The notes under the pieces: generated by a model
What the model was told of the DNA's origin: nothing
Seen by the model: the letters and a program-made list of their open reading frames with translations, nothing else
Databases searched by the model: none
Program-made: the position numbers and the translations under genes
Assembly: GCA_963675595.2 (NCBI GenBank)
Contig: CAXXLZ010000002.1
Coordinates: 672,001 to 736,000 of the forward strand
Reading direction: 5' to 3'
DNA: 64,000 bases
Source of the DNA: Thermodesulfobacteriota bacterium
GTDB taxonomy: Bacteria > Desulfobacterota > Desulfarculia > JACQYL01
Shown here: piece by piece, positions 1 through 8,516 of the stretch
Position numbering within the stretch: the first letter of the stretch is position 1
How the letters are laid out: each line of letters begins with the position of its first letter

Positions 1-1529
1 AGGGCGCCGATCATTTCAATCAAGGCTTCCCACTGATACAGGTCCCTGAAAAACCTGCACAGGACCAAGGCGTCGAAAATGGTGAGCCGGTCCTCCCAGT
101 CGGCAAAGAACTCCGCCTTGCCGTCAATCTGTTCCGGATCGATCATGCCCGCGAGTTCCGGTTTGTAGAAGGTGGTCCGAAGATGGCAGGCCCCACGATC
201 CGAGGCTCCGTAGGCCAAGCCCATGCCTTTCAGAACCCGTGGGTCGTAACCGGCGGGTTCCAGGCCTTTGACGTGAATCGCCTGGTCTTCCATGCCCCAT
301 TCACGGGCGACGAATTTGATGCCCCGTGCCAATAGATCGCCGATCCCACGTCGATAAGCCATGTCCTTGAGCAGTTCTGCGATTTGATCCACTCGCCCGT
401 AGTCCACGTCGTAGGAGACCTTGCCTTGCCGAACGGCCTCGATGGTAAGAGCCGCCAGGTTGCCGGCGGTGATGGTATCGATGCCCAATCGGTCGCAAAG
501 GTCGTTCAAGTAGGCCACCTCCTCGATGTCGGCCACTTCGCACAACCCCCCGAAGGCGTAAATGGTTTCGTATTCGGGTCCCTCGATCTTGAGCCCCTTG
601 TGTCTTCCCTCCTTCACCGTGCCCAACCGGCCGCAGGCGATGAAGCAGCGGAGGCAGGCGTGAGGGGTCACTTCCATGCGGGAATGGAGAGCCGCCGCGT
701 TGATGCTCTCCTTGTGTTCCGCCTGACCTTTCTTCCAGTACCGGGTGGGAAAACTGCCCACGTGGCTCATGATGTCCACCATCATGGGGGTCCCCAGGGA
801 ATGATACGCCTTGACGCCTTTGTCCTCTTTGGATCGTCCGCCCAACTCTTTGACGATCTCACGTACCTTCTCCGGATCGGCCAATTCCTTCTTCTTGTTG
901 CCCCAGAAGGCAACGGCCTTGATCCTCTTGGACCCCATCACGGCCCCGACTCCGGTCCGGCCGGCGCTGCGCCAATAGTCGTTCTCAATCACCGCGAACC
1001 CCACCTCGTTCTCACCGGCGGGTCCGATGCAAATCACGCCGACCTTGGCCGTCGACGCCCTGTTCTCCTTCACCCAGGCCCGAACCCGATCCTCCGTTTC
1101 ATACGTGTCCAATCCCCAGAGGTGGGATGCATCATGAAAGATCACACCCTCTTCCGTGATCTCGAGCCAGACCGGCTCTTCCGACGTTCCATAAATCATC
1201 ACGGCGTCGAAGCCGGTTCGGGCCATGTACTCCGCCGCCGTGCCCCCGGAATAGGATTCGGAATAATACCCCGTCTGCGGGGACTTGGTATATACGCCGT
1301 ACCTGCAGGAGCCCCAGATCGCGGTGCCGTTGGCCGGCCCGCCGGCGAAAATCAGGTGGTTCTCGGGGCTAAGCGGGTCCACTCCCGGCGGATTATGTTC
1401 CAGAAGCAAATGCGTCGCCAATCCCTTTCCCCCCAGCCTGCAACGCAAAAGGTCGTCGGACGTGATCTTGAGATCGAAGGATTTGAGCGAGGCGTTCACC
1501 CTCAGCACCATATTGTAGAAGCCGAACAT
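1..1529 (-). CDS. aor: Aldehyde:ferredoxin oxidoreductase family protein (W/Mo-pterin), 3' end truncated by window edge
   Basis: Manual translation from ATG at 1529: MFGFYNMVLRVN...LGGKGLA...PLSPENHLIF...KSPQTG...SYSGG...CIGPAGEN...AGRTGVGAVMGSKRIKAVAF, all AOR hallmark motifs. Absent from the ORF track because it runs off the window. Confidence 0.93.
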   Translation of the reverse strand, partial: MFGFYNMVLRVNASLKSFDLKITSDDLLRCRLGGKGLATHLLLEHNPPGVDPLSPENHLIFAGGPANGTAIWGSCRYGVYTKSPQTGYYSESYSGGTAAEYMARTGFDAVMIYGTSEEPVWLEITEEGVIFHDASHLWGLDTYETEDRVRAWVKENRASTAKVGVICIGPAGENEVGFAVIENDYWRSAGRTGVGAVMGSKRIKAVAFWGNKKKELADPEKVREIVKELGGRSKEDKGVKAYHSLGTPMMVDIMSHVGSFPTRYWKKGQAEHKESINAAALHSRMEVTPHACLRCFIACGRLGTVKEGRHKGLKIEGPEYETIYAFGGLCEVADIEEVAYLNDLCDRLGIDTITAGNLAALTIEAVRQGKVSYDVDYGRVDQIAELLKDMAYRRGIGDLLARGIKFVAREWGMEDQAIHVKGLEPAGYDPRVLKGMGLAYGASDRGACHLRTTFYKPELAGMIDPEQIDGKAEFFADWEDRLTIFDALVLCRFFRDLYQWEALIEMIGA

Positions 1530-1680
1530 GGTCGGAACATCCTTTCCCCACGGGAACGCCCGTCACCGCCGACGGCGTCGTGTCTAATGCTTTTGTCTTA
1601 AGTTGGCCCGAATTCGCGGACCGCGATACAACGTCGGCACGGGCGTCAACGCGTCTTCCTGCGCAGAGGTTGACCCTGAA

Positions 1681-2838
1681 TCACAGCACGCTACGGTAAA
1701 TGGCTTCGGCGTCCTCCACGGTCAGCTCCCTGGGATTGTTGGCCAGGAGCCGGGTCACCTTCATCACGCCTTGCGCCAACGACGGAAGATGCTCCTCTTT
1801 CACACCGAAATCGGCCAGACGCGAAGGCACCTGAAGGTCCACGGCCAGGGTGCGCAGAGCCTCCACGGCAACCTGAGCCGCGCGGCGTTCGCTTAGTCCC
1901 TCAACCGGCTCTCCGAAGATTTCGGCCATTGCCGAAAACTTGGAGAGATTCCCCAACATGTTGAACTCCATGACCGGGGCAAGCATGATGCTGTTGGCCA
2001 CTCCGTGAGGAATGTGATATTCGGCCCCGATGGGATAGGCAAAGGCGTGCACCGCGGTGACACCCGCGTTGGCGAACGCGATCCCGGCGAGCAGGCTCCC
2101 TTCCAGCATGCCGCACCGGGCATCAAGATTCGTCCCATTGGCATATGCCGTGCGGATATTCCTGGAGATCAGTCTCATGGATTCCCGGGCCAATAGATCC
2201 GTCATGGACGTGGCATTTTTGGATGTATAAGCTTCCACCGCGTGAATCAGAGCGTCCATCCCCGTCGCCGCCGTAACCTTGGGAGGCAGGCCCAAAGTGA
2301 GCTCCGCGTCCAGAATCGCCGCCGCCGGAAAAAGAAACGGGCTCACAATGCCTTTTTTCAGTTTCTCCGCCTCGTCGGAAAGAATGGCGATGGCCGTTAC
2401 CTCGCTGCCCGTGCCCGCGGTTGTGGGGACCAGGATGGTGGGCAAACCCCGCTCGGGAATCATATCGATTCCGAAAAGACCGCCGATGTCACGATCATTG
2501 GTCGCCAGGACCGAAGCAACTTTGGCGATGTCCAGCGAAGACCCTCCGCCGATTCCGATCAACACCTCGGCTTTGAAGCTCTTGGCCTTGTCCGCCGCCT
2601 GAAGCGCGATTTCAATCCGCGGATCCGGTTCCACGGCATCGAAGCGGTCGAAAGTCAACTGTGCCTCGCTCAACAGGTCTTCTAGCTTTCCCACAATGCC
2701 CGCCCGCACCAGTCCTTGGTCGGTCACAATGAGTACACGAGCGCCCTTGAGTCGTTTGACTTCCTCCGCGATACCACCCAAGGAGCCGGGTCCCATCACC
2801 ATCCGGGGAGTCGTCTGAAAATATCTGGTCATTGTCAT
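1681..2838 (-). CDS. Iron-containing alcohol dehydrogenase
   Basis: GGGSSLD, PTTAGTGSEVT, GMDALIHAVEAY, HAFAYPIG and HIPHGVAN motifs of the Fe-ADH family; SD-like AGGAAGG upstream. Confidence 0.95.
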   Translation of the reverse strand: MTMTRYFQTTPRMVMGPGSLGGIAEEVKRLKGARVLIVTDQGLVRAGIVGKLEDLLSEAQLTFDRFDAVEPDPRIEIALQAADKAKSFKAEVLIGIGGGSSLDIAKVASVLATNDRDIGGLFGIDMIPERGLPTILVPTTAGTGSEVTAIAILSDEAEKLKKGIVSPFLFPAAAILDAELTLGLPPKVTAATGMDALIHAVEAYTSKNATSMTDLLARESMRLISRNIRTAYANGTNLDARCGMLEGSLLAGIAFANAGVTAVHAFAYPIGAEYHIPHGVANSIMLAPVMEFNMLGNLSKFSAMAEIFGEPVEGLSERRAAQVAVEALRTLAVDLQVPSRLADFGVKEEHLPSLAQGVMKVTRLLANNPRELTVEDAEAIYRSVL

Positions 2839-3113
2839 GATGAGCCACCTTCCTTCTCAAGTCTCACCAGCCGCTCCGCCGCCGTCGGCTGAGAGACGGT
2901 TGGTCGTGAAATACCGGCGATGTTCCGCGCGAAAAAGCTCCGTGCGCAACGGTGCACGTACGAAACCTCATTTCCCGACCGTTTTCGGAAGCAGCGAGAA
3001 AGCGCCCCCGGAACGTCGGTGCCCAAGTTGTTTCGTTTGCACCTGCATGAAACCGTTTCCGACTTTCGGCTTTTTGCGTGCCCTCAACGGCCCGCCAAAA
3101 AAGGCCGGTCGGT

Positions 3114-3222
3114 ACAGGCCTGTGAAACGCGGCAGGTCCCGAGAAACGAAACGTACATAAAATACGTGACAGTGACTGGGGATGAAACGCAACGCAGCGG
3201 ATCGCGTTTCTCGATAACCTGT
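3114..3222 (+). repeat. MITE-like dispersed repeat, family A, copy 1
   Basis: Core GTAC...CAGTGAC...GATGAA(A/G)CGCAACGC is shared with 7972-8097 and 60476-60599; ends ACAGG...CCTGT; overlaps the livF stop codon. Confidence 0.75.
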
Positions 3223-3926
3223 TAGACGGCCAAGTACTTGTCACGGATGCTCCGGTCGTGCTTGAACTCCTCCATGCCTCCTTCGTAGACCACGTGTCCT
3301 TTGTCGATCACCACGACGCGGTCGGAAACGGCCATGGCGAAGCGGATGTGCTGTTCGGAGAGCAGGATCGTGGTCGAAGCCTCCTTAAGCCTCATGACCA
3401 AGTCCTTCAAGGCTCCTACGATCACGGGCGACAACCCTTCCGTGGGCTCATCAAGAACCAGTACGTCCGGATTCCCCATGAGCGCCCGAGCAATGGTCAA
3501 CATCTGCTGCTCACCGCCCGAGAGTGTTCCCCCGAGACGCTCCTGCATACCGGCGAGAATGGGGAAGTGCTCCAATACGGTACTCAGGTTCCAAACACCC
3601 TTACGACCGGGCATGATGCCGAGATCGAGGTTCTCTCTGACCGTAAAAGGTCCGAGTATCCGCCGATCCTCCGGTACGAACCCCAGGCCGAGCCTCGCCA
3701 TCTTGTGCGCCGGGAACCGCGTGCAATTCATCCCCTTAAAGATGACCTTTCCCGTCTTGGGAGGCGTGAGCCCCATAATGGAACGAAAAGTCGTGGTTTT
3801 TCCCGCTCCGTTGCGGCCCATGAGACATACGGTTTCCCCGGACGTCACGTTCAGGCCCACGTTGAAAAGAATGTGACTGCGCCCGTAATAGGTGTTCAAA
3901 TCCACCGCTTCAAGGATATGACTCAT
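3222..3926 (-). CDS. livF: HAAT-family ABC transporter ATP-binding protein (LivF-like)
   Basis: Walker A GRNGAGKTT, LSGGEQQML signature, LDEPTEGL. The true start MSHILEA at 3926 overlaps the upstream stop (TGATG). Confidence 0.93.
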   Translation of the reverse strand: MSHILEAVDLNTYYGRSHILFNVGLNVTSGETVCLMGRNGAGKTTTFRSIMGLTPPKTGKVIFKGMNCTRFPAHKMARLGLGFVPEDRRILGPFTVRENLDLGIMPGRKGVWNLSTVLEHFPILAGMQERLGGTLSGGEQQMLTIARALMGNPDVLVLDEPTEGLSPVIVGALKDLVMRLKEASTTILLSEQHIRFAMAVSDRVVVIDKGHVVYEGGMEEFKHDRSIRDKYLAV

Positions 3927-4678
3927 CAGAGCTCCTCTCCCAGATAGGCGGTGACCACCTGCGGGTTGTTCCGGATTTCCTGCGGTGTGCCTTCCGCCAG
4001 GAGCGTTCCCTGCTGCAACACCCTGACGGTCTGAGCGATCCCGAAAACCGTATCCATGTCGTGCTCGATAAAAATCAGAGTCAGTTGATACTCTTTCCAA
4101 AGTTTCTTGATCAGTTCCCGGGTCAGCAGCCTTTCTTCCGGCGACATGCCCGACGTAGGCTCGTCCAGAAGCAGGAGCTTGGGTTCAAGAGCCAGTGCAA
4201 TCCCGATGTCGAGCAGCTTTTGATCCCCATGTGAAAGCTCGAAACCCAATCGTTCCGTGTCCCCCTGCAAGCCCAGGCTCTCCAGGATTCGGTGAGCCCT
4301 GTCCGTGGCTTCACGAAACCGGGAGGCGGGTTTAAAGGCTTTTCGGCTCTGTCCGAGTCTGGACAGGCAAGCCACCCTCACATTGTCCAAGACGGTCTCT
4401 TCGGGAAAGATGGAAGCGATTTGGAACGCGCGACCGACGCCGAGAGCCACGATCTGTTGAGTGGTAAGGCCCGGAATGTCCTTGTCTTCGAACAGAATCC
4501 TACCCTTGTCGGGCGTCAGATAGCCCGTAATTTGGTTGAACAGGGTGGTCTTTCCCGCGCCGTTGGGACCGATGACCGCTGAAATTTCACCCGACATCAC
4601 GGAAAAGCTCACTCCGTCGGTGACCTTGAGCCCTCCGAACGCCTTGTGAACCGTATCTAAGACGAGAATGGGTTCCAC
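3926..4678 (-). CDS. livG: HAAT-family ABC transporter ATP-binding protein (LivG-like)
   Basis: FGGL, GPNGAGKTT, LSHGDQK, LLDEPTSG, IEHDM and C-terminal VVTAYLG. Confidence 0.93.
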   Translation of the reverse strand: MEPILVLDTVHKAFGGLKVTDGVSFSVMSGEISAVIGPNGAGKTTLFNQITGYLTPDKGRILFEDKDIPGLTTQQIVALGVGRAFQIASIFPEETVLDNVRVACLSRLGQSRKAFKPASRFREATDRAHRILESLGLQGDTERLGFELSHGDQKLLDIGIALALEPKLLLLDEPTSGMSPEERLLTRELIKKLWKEYQLTLIFIEHDMDTVFGIAQTVRVLQQGTLLAEGTPQEIRNNPQVVTAYLGEEL

Positions 4679-5638
4679 CTATACTCTCCGTGATTCCGAG
4701 CCCGCGAACCGCGACTTGATTCGCTGCACTTCACCCACGATGCCCTTTGGAAAAGCGATGACCATGATCAGCATGACGCCTCCGATGATGGCGGCCCAGT
4801 ATTCCGTGTAAGCTCCCACCACATCCTCGATGAGAATGATGGCGGCGGCCCCGATGAAGGGACCGAAGAACTGGTGAATTCCTCCGAGAACGGACATGAG
4901 GATGACTTCGCCCGAGGTCGTCCAATAGAGCATATCGGTGTGAATCGAGTTATCCACGCCGGCCATAAGTCCGCCTGCCAAGGCGGCGAAGACCGAGGAA
5001 ACCATGTAGACCCTCAACCTGTTGCGCCTTACTCTTTTGCCCAGGAACCGAACCCGTTCCGGGTTCTGCCGGACACACCGCAGTACGAGTCCCAACGGCG
5101 AGTAGGCCAGCCGCTTCATGACCCAAATGGACAACAGACAGAGCACCAGTGTGAAGTAGAAGTACACGATCTGGTCGCCCAGAATGCCGGGTGCCATGAT
5201 CCCCTGCACTCCGTCGTCTCCTCCGGTGAACTCGTACCATTTAAAAGTGATCTGCCAGACCAGTTGAGCGAACGCCAGCGTCAGCATGGTGAAGAAAACC
5301 CCATGGACGCGAATAATGAGCAGTCCCAAGAGGAAGGACAGGACCGCCGAGGCAAGGATGCCGAGGAGCATCCCCGGCAGAAACCAACCGCTGCCGAGGT
5401 AATTCACCATGAGTCCGACGAAATAGGCGCCCAGCCCATAATACAGAGCCTGCCCGAAGGACAGCATTCCCGTCATTCCGAACAGCAGATTGAACGCCAC
5501 GGCGAACATGCCCCAAACGATGATGTGGCTCGCAAGAATGAGTTGGTACGTGGAGGTCATGAACACGGGCACCAGCCCGAATATCACGGCCAACAGACCC
5601 CAGAGGATCCCGGTTCTGTAGTTGCGCACCTGCTCCAT
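4679..5638 (-). CDS. livM: HAAT-family ABC transporter permease (LivM-like)
   Basis: Hydrophobic; GMLSFGQALYYGLGAY, FFTMLTLAFAQ, TGGDDG and VLGG motifs. Confidence 0.92.
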   Translation of the reverse strand: MEQVRNYRTGILWGLLAVIFGLVPVFMTSTYQLILASHIIVWGMFAVAFNLLFGMTGMLSFGQALYYGLGAYFVGLMVNYLGSGWFLPGMLLGILASAVLSFLLGLLIIRVHGVFFTMLTLAFAQLVWQITFKWYEFTGGDDGVQGIMAPGILGDQIVYFYFTLVLCLLSIWVMKRLAYSPLGLVLRCVRQNPERVRFLGKRVRRNRLRVYMVSSVFAALAGGLMAGVDNSIHTDMLYWTTSGEVILMSVLGGIHQFFGPFIGAAAIILIEDVVGAYTEYWAAIIGGVMLIMVIAFPKGIVGEVQRIKSRFAGSESRRV

Positions 5639-5639
5639 G

Positions 5640-6527
5640 CTAGATTTTCCTCACCTTCCGAGGCGCGAACAGACCCTCCGGCTTGAAGATCAAGGTCACC
5701 ACCATTACAAGATAACTGAACAATGTGGCCCACTTCGGCACGAATGCCACGGCGAATGCATTGACTTCGCCTAAAAGAAGAGCGCCGAGCCAGGCCCCCC
5801 AGAAATTCCCCATGCCCCCGAGTACCACGACGATGAGGGAATCGATGATCACCTCGATGCCGGCACCGGGAGTAACGGACCGTAGAGGCGCCGCCAGAGC
5901 TCCGGTCATCCCGCCTAATCCGGTGGCAATGCCGAAAACCAGGGTCATGGTCAGCGGCACGTTGACGCCCAAGACTCCGAGGATCTCGCGATCCACGGCG
6001 AAAGCCCGGGTGATCCGCCCCGGTCGCGTCTTCATAAGTACCCACCAGGACAGGAATACGACCAAGAGCCCGATGACGATGATGGCCAGATTGTAGGACG
6101 GAATGGTCACCCCGGCGAATTGCACGGCGCCCGTGAATCCCGGAGGCCGGGAGATGGATTTGTATTCCGTACCCCAAACGATTTTGACCAAGTCGTCGAT
6201 CAATAGAATGAAACAGTAGGTCAGCAGGATCTGGAATCCGCCTTCCTCGGACCTGCCGTAAATCCGGCGAAGGAAGAGGGACTCCGCCAAAATCCCCAGG
6301 ATACCGGCTCCCAATCCCGCGACGATGAGTCCCAGCCAGAAGTTGAACTGCCAAACCCCGATGAATTGGTAGCCCAGATACGCCCCGACCATGTAGAAAG
6401 ACCCATGGGCGAAGTTGAACACGTTGGCCACGCCGAAGATCAGGGTCAAACCGCTGGCCACGAGGAAAAGGAGTGTGGCCATGGTCAAACCGCTGATCAA
6501 CTGCGATAGGAAAAAGGAGAAGTCCAT
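5640..6527 (-). CDS. livH: HAAT-family ABC transporter permease (LivH-like)
   Basis: LVASGLTLIFG...NFAHGSFYMVGAY, VVVLGGMG and KPEGLF motifs. Confidence 0.92.
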   Translation of the reverse strand: MDFSFFLSQLISGLTMATLLFLVASGLTLIFGVANVFNFAHGSFYMVGAYLGYQFIGVWQFNFWLGLIVAGLGAGILGILAESLFLRRIYGRSEEGGFQILLTYCFILLIDDLVKIVWGTEYKSISRPPGFTGAVQFAGVTIPSYNLAIIVIGLLVVFLSWWVLMKTRPGRITRAFAVDREILGVLGVNVPLTMTLVFGIATGLGGMTGALAAPLRSVTPGAGIEVIIDSLIVVVLGGMGNFWGAWLGALLLGEVNAFAVAFVPKWATLFSYLVMVVTLIFKPEGLFAPRKVRKI

Positions 6528-6544
6528 TCGCCTGCCTCGGGAAT

Positions 6545-6580
6545 GAGCCCTCGGGAGGCGAGGGCCTCCCCGGCGGGCTC
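6545..6580 (-). terminator. GC-rich intercistronic hairpin after the binding-protein gene (mRNA stabiliser or partial terminator)
   Basis: GAGCCC-t-CGGGAGGC...GCCTCCC-cggc-GGGCTC inverted repeat; no U-tract. Confidence 0.5.
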
Positions 6581-6612
6581 TTAGTGGTTAGGGCAATCCG
6601 ATAATCCGGTGC

Positions 6613-7872
6613 TTACTTGGTGCTTTTGGCCTCGGTGTAGCCTTTAGGAGGCATGATGTCTTCGGCTTTGTAGATCTTCCAGTGGTCCAGCATGCGAGTG
6701 GCGGGCGGAAAATCCTTGTTCTCGACGGTCACGCCGATGGCCTGCATCTGAACGACCTGGTGGGTGTCGGGATCGATGTAGGAAGTGAATCCTTCCGGGT
6801 CCTCCGGAAGCTGCATCTTGATCCCTTCCAGCGCCTTCACCAAAGCCTCGGTGTCGTCCGGATTCCCCACTTTTTCCACGGCGTTGGCGATGGCGTAGAT
6901 TCCGGCATAAGCCCCCTCGGCCGCGTAGGTGGGATAACGACCGGTCCTCTTCTTGAATTCGGCCACAAAAGCCTGGTTTTGGGCCGTATCCGGCCAGTTG
7001 TCGTGGTGTCGGGCGGAAAGCACCAAACCCAGGGGCAGTTCGTCGCCCATGGCGCTCATGAGCTCATAGTTCCCGCCGGCATCCGGATGGAAATAGAGCA
7101 TTTTGTCGAATAGGCCGTAGGGCTTGGCCTGCTTGATAAAGGCCACCGTGTCGCCGCCCCAGAATCCGGCCACCAGGATGTCGGGTTTATCGTTGATGAT
7201 GGACGTGATGTACGGAGTGTAGTCCGGAGCAAAAATCTTGGGCCAGTATTCACCCACCACTTTGTATTCAACGCCGAAGCGGTCCAGGCAGAATCGAAGC
7301 TCGTTCCATTGACTGTGGCCGTAAGCGTAATCGGGACCGATAAACGCGATGGTTTCCCAGGGCTTGGACGCCTTGATTTCTTTGAGATACAGGGCTCCGG
7401 CAGCCATGGACTGGAAGGTGTTGTTCGAAACTCGAAAGTAGTATGGTTGCAGACTGTCCGCCGTCAGACGGGTGGAGGCGTGATCCGTTCCGATGAAGAT
7501 GGTCTTGTACTGTTTGGAGACTTCGGTCACCGCCAATCCCACGCCGGAACTCACCACTCCAAAAAGAAAGTGAACGTCGTCTTCCGTGATGTATCGTTTG
7601 GCCACTCGGACCGCATAGGCAGGTTTGGCTTTGCTGTCCGTGAAGACAATATCCAACTTGTAACCTGCGGCCCCGCCCTTGGCGTTGACCTCGTCCACGG
7701 CCATCTCCGCCGCGGCCACGGAATCAAGGCCGTAAAGGCCCGCTCGGCCCGTCATGGGGTACATGGCGCCGATTCGGACCACTTTTTCGTCCGCCGCGCT
7801 TACCACGCCGGGAAGGACCACCAGCGCGAAGAAAGCCAGTACCACCAACGTCCATGTCTTGTGCCTCAACAT
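6613..7872 (-). CDS. HAAT-family ABC transporter periplasmic substrate-binding protein
   Basis: SD AAGGAGG before ATG 7872; signal peptide ending VVSA; IGAMYPMTG, VDEVNAKGG, YFRV and DYAYG motifs of the type 1 periplasmic binding fold. Confidence 0.93.
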   Translation of the reverse strand: MLRHKTWTLVVLAFFALVVLPGVVSAADEKVVRIGAMYPMTGRAGLYGLDSVAAAEMAVDEVNAKGGAAGYKLDIVFTDSKAKPAYAVRVAKRYITEDDVHFLFGVVSSGVGLAVTEVSKQYKTIFIGTDHASTRLTADSLQPYYFRVSNNTFQSMAAGALYLKEIKASKPWETIAFIGPDYAYGHSQWNELRFCLDRFGVEYKVVGEYWPKIFAPDYTPYITSIINDKPDILVAGFWGGDTVAFIKQAKPYGLFDKMLYFHPDAGGNYELMSAMGDELPLGLVLSARHHDNWPDTAQNQAFVAEFKKRTGRYPTYAAEGAYAGIYAIANAVEKVGNPDDTEALVKALEGIKMQLPEDPEGFTSYIDPDTHQVVQMQAIGVTVENKDFPPATRMLDHWKIYKAEDIMPPKGYTEAKSTK

Positions 7873-7971
7873 TCCATACCTCCTTTGTTGATTCATCCGT
7901 CGCCTTTTTGAACAAGATCCGAGTTCGGGCTCCACGTCGGAACCCGGCCCGGAGCCCGGAACCATCTCCCA

Positions 7972-8097
7972 GCCGACCGGTGAAAAACGCGATCCGCGGC
8001 GTTGCGCTTCATCCCTCGTCACTGCGACGTACTACACGTACACCTTCTCACCTCGGAACTTGCACGTCCTGGATCTCATTATTTTTCACCGGTCGGC
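7972..8097 (-). repeat. MITE-like dispersed repeat, family A, copy 2
   Basis: Perfect terminal inverted repeat GCCGACCGGTGAAAAA...TTTTTCACCGGTCGGC; same core as copies 1 and 3 in opposite orientation. Confidence 0.78.
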
Positions 8098-8307
8098 AAT
8101 CATCCGACTCTCTCAACGGGCGGCGGAATCCCACCGGACAAGGAGATACACTCCGTTCTCAAGAAGACCGATGGGTTTTGGAAGCAGCCCGTCCAGGGGC
8201 AAGAAGAATCGACCGACGAGGTTCCATCCCCAAATCGCCGTGATAGGAGTTGCGAAAGGAAACACTGTCGAGTTCCGACGGAGGCCGCCAAGCCTTCCTT
8301 CTCGAAG

Positions 8308-8324
8308 AGCAACACCTGTGCCGG
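8308..8324 (-). promoter_or_regulatory. Sigma54 (-24/-12) promoter of the ABC-ADH-AOR cluster
   Basis: Minus strand CCGGCACAGGTGTTGCT = GG-N10-GC, close to the TGGCAC-N5-TTGC consensus, beside a sigma54 activator gene. Confidence 0.82.
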
Positions 8325-8402
8325 CCGGGCGTGACGCGGGATATGTTATTGTTTGTATTGAGGAATGAGCCGCTTCGCGCGACAAGGGAGAGGGTGTCGG
8401 CC

Positions 8403-8516
8403 TTGCGGTTCTGCAAGCCGAAAGAATGGTGGGTGCGACTAGAATCTAAACGAATCTGTCTCTTTCGTGTGTTTCGGCCTGGATTGCAAAACTGCAATAG
8501 GATTGCCGTTCTGCAA
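8403..8516. promoter_or_regulatory. Three TTGC-N6-GCAA palindromes, probable upstream activator sequences
   Basis: ttgcggttctgcaa (8403-8416), ttgcaaaactgcaa (8484-8497), ttgccgttctgcaa (8503-8516), 80-190 bp upstream of the sigma54 site. Confidence 0.65.

Noticed and set aside
384-1601. 405-aa plus-strand ORF
   Set aside because: Antisense shadow of the AOR gene; no recognisable motifs.
8002-8334. Recurrent small ORFs starting MRFIP(R/S/C)HC (also 2968-3192 and 60384-60569)
   Set aside because: They are translations of repeat family A, not independent genes.
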